DNA of 36,370 nucleotides. Source: Vulcanimicrobiaceae bacterium (GTDB lineage: Bacteria > Vulcanimicrobiota > Vulcanimicrobiia > Vulcanimicrobiales > Vulcanimicrobiaceae). The notes beneath the pieces are model-generated. The model did not search any database. It was given only the letters and a program-made list of their open reading frames with translations, and was not told the DNA's origin. The DNA is taken from NCBI GenBank assembly GCA_046262595.1, contig JBHEMM010000024.1, positions 384 to 36,753 of the forward strand, written 5' to 3'. Made by a program: the position numbers and the translations under genes. This document shows, in pieces, positions 34,812 to 36,370 of this stretch; within the stretch, counting starts at the first letter, position 1, and every line of letters begins with the position of its first letter.

Positions 34812-36125
34812 TTATTCATTGAGGAATTCGAGATCGGAGACTTGGCCCATCGGGATTGCGTTGACGCCGTCGAATGCGGTTAGGACGAATTCGCTAAAGA
34901 GCGAATTCGGCCAGCCGAAATCCGTACGCGTAAAACGTTTGGGATCGTTCGGATCGAACGACTCGTGCAGCAGATGATCGCCCGGATCGCTTGCGAGCAG
35001 TTGATTGAGGACGTCGCGCTTTTCCGTTTGGTTCGACGCCGTTAAGCCCTGCATAACGAGCGCGAGCGGCCACACCCAGTGATCCGGCGTATGGTAACTG
35101 CCGATGCCGCGCGCGACGTTGCCGGTATAAAACGACGGATTGTCCTGCGAGAGCAAAAACGCACGCGTGTTCAAATAGTAACGGTCGTTCGCGGTCGTAT
35201 ATCCGATATACGGCGCGGAGAGCAGGCTCGGCACGTTCGCGTCGTCGGTGAGAATGGCGTGCCCCAAGCCGTCCACTTCGTACGCGTACAGATAGCCGTA
35301 TTTCGAGACCGGCACCATCCCGTAGCGCTGGATGCCGCGCTGCACCTCGTCGCGTAAGGACTGCGCCTCATGCGCTTTGATCAGGTTGTGATAGACTTGC
35401 CGCTCGATCGTCGCCATGTCGTCCAGGGCGACCACCGCAAACATTTCGGACGGAATCAAAAAGTTGTAGTAACACGCGTCATCGGAGGGGCGGAAACCGG
35501 TCCAAATCATGCCGGTATATCCGGTGGGGCGGCCTTTGCCGTCGAGCAGTTCCTTGTGCGTGTAGCGCGAGTTCTTCGGATGGTCTTGCTCACGCTCCAT
35601 CGTCGCGAGGATCGTGTCGAATGCCTTCGAGAGGTCCGGTGTAAAGACCGACGTGTCGCCCGTGACGTGCCAGTAGCTCCACGCGAGCGTGACGGGATAC
35701 GCAAGCGAGTCGAGCTCGAACTTTTGTTCCCAAACGCGGTAATCGAGTGTAAACGCGTTCGCGTACGGGTCGATCTGCAGATATTTTCCTTGCCGCGCGA
35801 TGATGCCGCGCAGCAACTGCCGGATGTTGGCGTCCTGACGAGCGTAATAGAGGAACGGACGCACCTGCGCGCTCGAATCGCGCAGCCATTCCGCGGGAAT
35901 GTCGCCGGTCTTCACGTAGGCGGTGCCGTCGGGCTCTACTTCGGCGAGTTTGGTCGTATCTAAAAGCGCCGCCCGGAACATCGTCTGCAGATGCATGTCG
36001 GGCGTTTGATATTGCGCCGCTGCGGCAGCGATGGACGGCAGCTCGAGCGCACTCGCCGGCGCGGTGAACGCGAGCGCAGCACAGAGCATCAGCGCGGCGA
36101 TGCGGCAGAACATCAGTGGGGCCAA
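34812..36125 (-). CDS. Glycoside hydrolase family 125 (exo-alpha-1,6-mannosidase-like) with signal peptide (start 36125 or 36113)
   Basis: TGDIPAEWLRDSSAQ, DPYANAF, WEQKFELDSLAY, FRPSDDAC, YAYEVDG.G, DDANVPSLLSAPY, HESF, FTR..F.WPNSLF; N-terminal IAALMLCAALAFTAPASA. Confidence 0.88.
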   Translation of the reverse strand: MAPLMFCRIAALMLCAALAFTAPASALELPSIAAAAAQYQTPDMHLQTMFRAALLDTTKLAEVEPDGTAYVKTGDIPAEWLRDSSAQVRPFLYYARQDANIRQLLRGIIARQGKYLQIDPYANAFTLDYRVWEQKFELDSLAYPVTLAWSYWHVTGDTSVFTPDLSKAFDTILATMEREQDHPKNSRYTHKELLDGKGRPTGYTGMIWTGFRPSDDACYYNFLIPSEMFAVVALDDMATIERQVYHNLIKAHEAQSLRDEVQRGIQRYGMVPVSKYGYLYAYEVDGLGHAILTDDANVPSLLSAPYIGYTTANDRYYLNTRAFLLSQDNPSFYTGNVARGIGSYHTPDHWVWPLALVMQGLTASNQTEKRDVLNQLLASDPGDHLLHESFDPNDPKRFTRTDFGWPNSLFSEFVLTAFDGVNAIPMGQVSDLEFLNE

Positions 36126-36370
36126 CTTCCGTGCGCGTAGAGTTCGGGCAGTTCGCGAAAACGGCCCCGGTAATCGAGCCCATATCCGACGACGAAAACG
36201 TCGGGTATCTCAAATCCGCGGTAAGCGATCTCGACTTCGGCGATGCGCCGGTGGGGGCGGTCGAGCAGCACGCAGGTTGCAAGCGAGGCAGGCGCGCGCG
36301 CGCGCAGCGTCGCGACGACCGAGGCCGCGAGCGCGTCGAGGTCGTAGCCGCCCTCGAGGCAGACGAGCAC
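36113..36370 (-). CDS. 3' part of an ORF: hypoxanthine phosphoribosyltransferase C-terminus joined in frame to an HDAC-family C-terminal motif (runs off window end)
   Basis: PASLATCVLLDRPHRR......YRGFEIPDVFVVGYGLDY...FRELP is typical Hpt. The preceding VLVCLEGGYDLDALAASV is the HDAC/AcuC signature, not the expected VEDIVDTG PRPP loop. Confidence 0.7.
   Translation of the reverse strand: MLVCLEGGYDLDALAASVVATLRARAPASLATCVLLDRPHRRIAEVEIAYRGFEIPDVFVVGYGLDYRGRFRELPELYAHGSWPH

Noticed and set aside
1..36370. CRISPR arrays, tRNA/rRNA genes, transposases, integrases, prophage genes
   Set aside because: No regularly spaced repeats, cloverleaf or rRNA signatures, or mobile-element ORFs seen; intergenic gaps are all under about 200 bp.

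Overview
High-GC bacterial chromosomal window dominated by one minus-strand flagellar/chemotaxis cluster in Terrabacteria (Firmicutes-like) gene order: fliF-fliG-fliH-fliI-fliJ-ylxF/motE-[trpE-trpG-trpL-aroF]-fliK-flgD-flagellar operon protein-flgE-flbD-motA-motB-fliM-fliY/N-fliO-fliP-fliQ-fliR-[Vgb-like lipoprotein, opposite strand]-flhB-flhA-PilZ-cheY-cheC-cheA-cheW. The left flank has a LexA-boxed imuA-imuB mutasome start, divergent from a hydantoinase/oxoprolinase A-B pair, plus a secreted hypothetical protein. The right flank has purA, a secreted GH125 and a terminal ORF that looks like an HDAC/Hpt chimera. The most notable signal is missing from the ORF track: an 18-aa Trp-Trp-Trp leader peptide with its own promoter, antiterminator and terminator. 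It controls a DAHP synthase lacking a regulatory domain (not trpE), and the whole aromatic module sits inside the flagellar cluster. Several sigma28-like promoters and apparent leaderless starts are also visible. Lineage guess (inference only, from Vgb-like lipoproteins, Pro/Ser tails, a GAAC-N4-GTTC SOS box and gene order): a Terrabacteria group such as Eremiobacterota/Vulcanimicrobiota. All calls come from motif recognition by eye; no searches were run.
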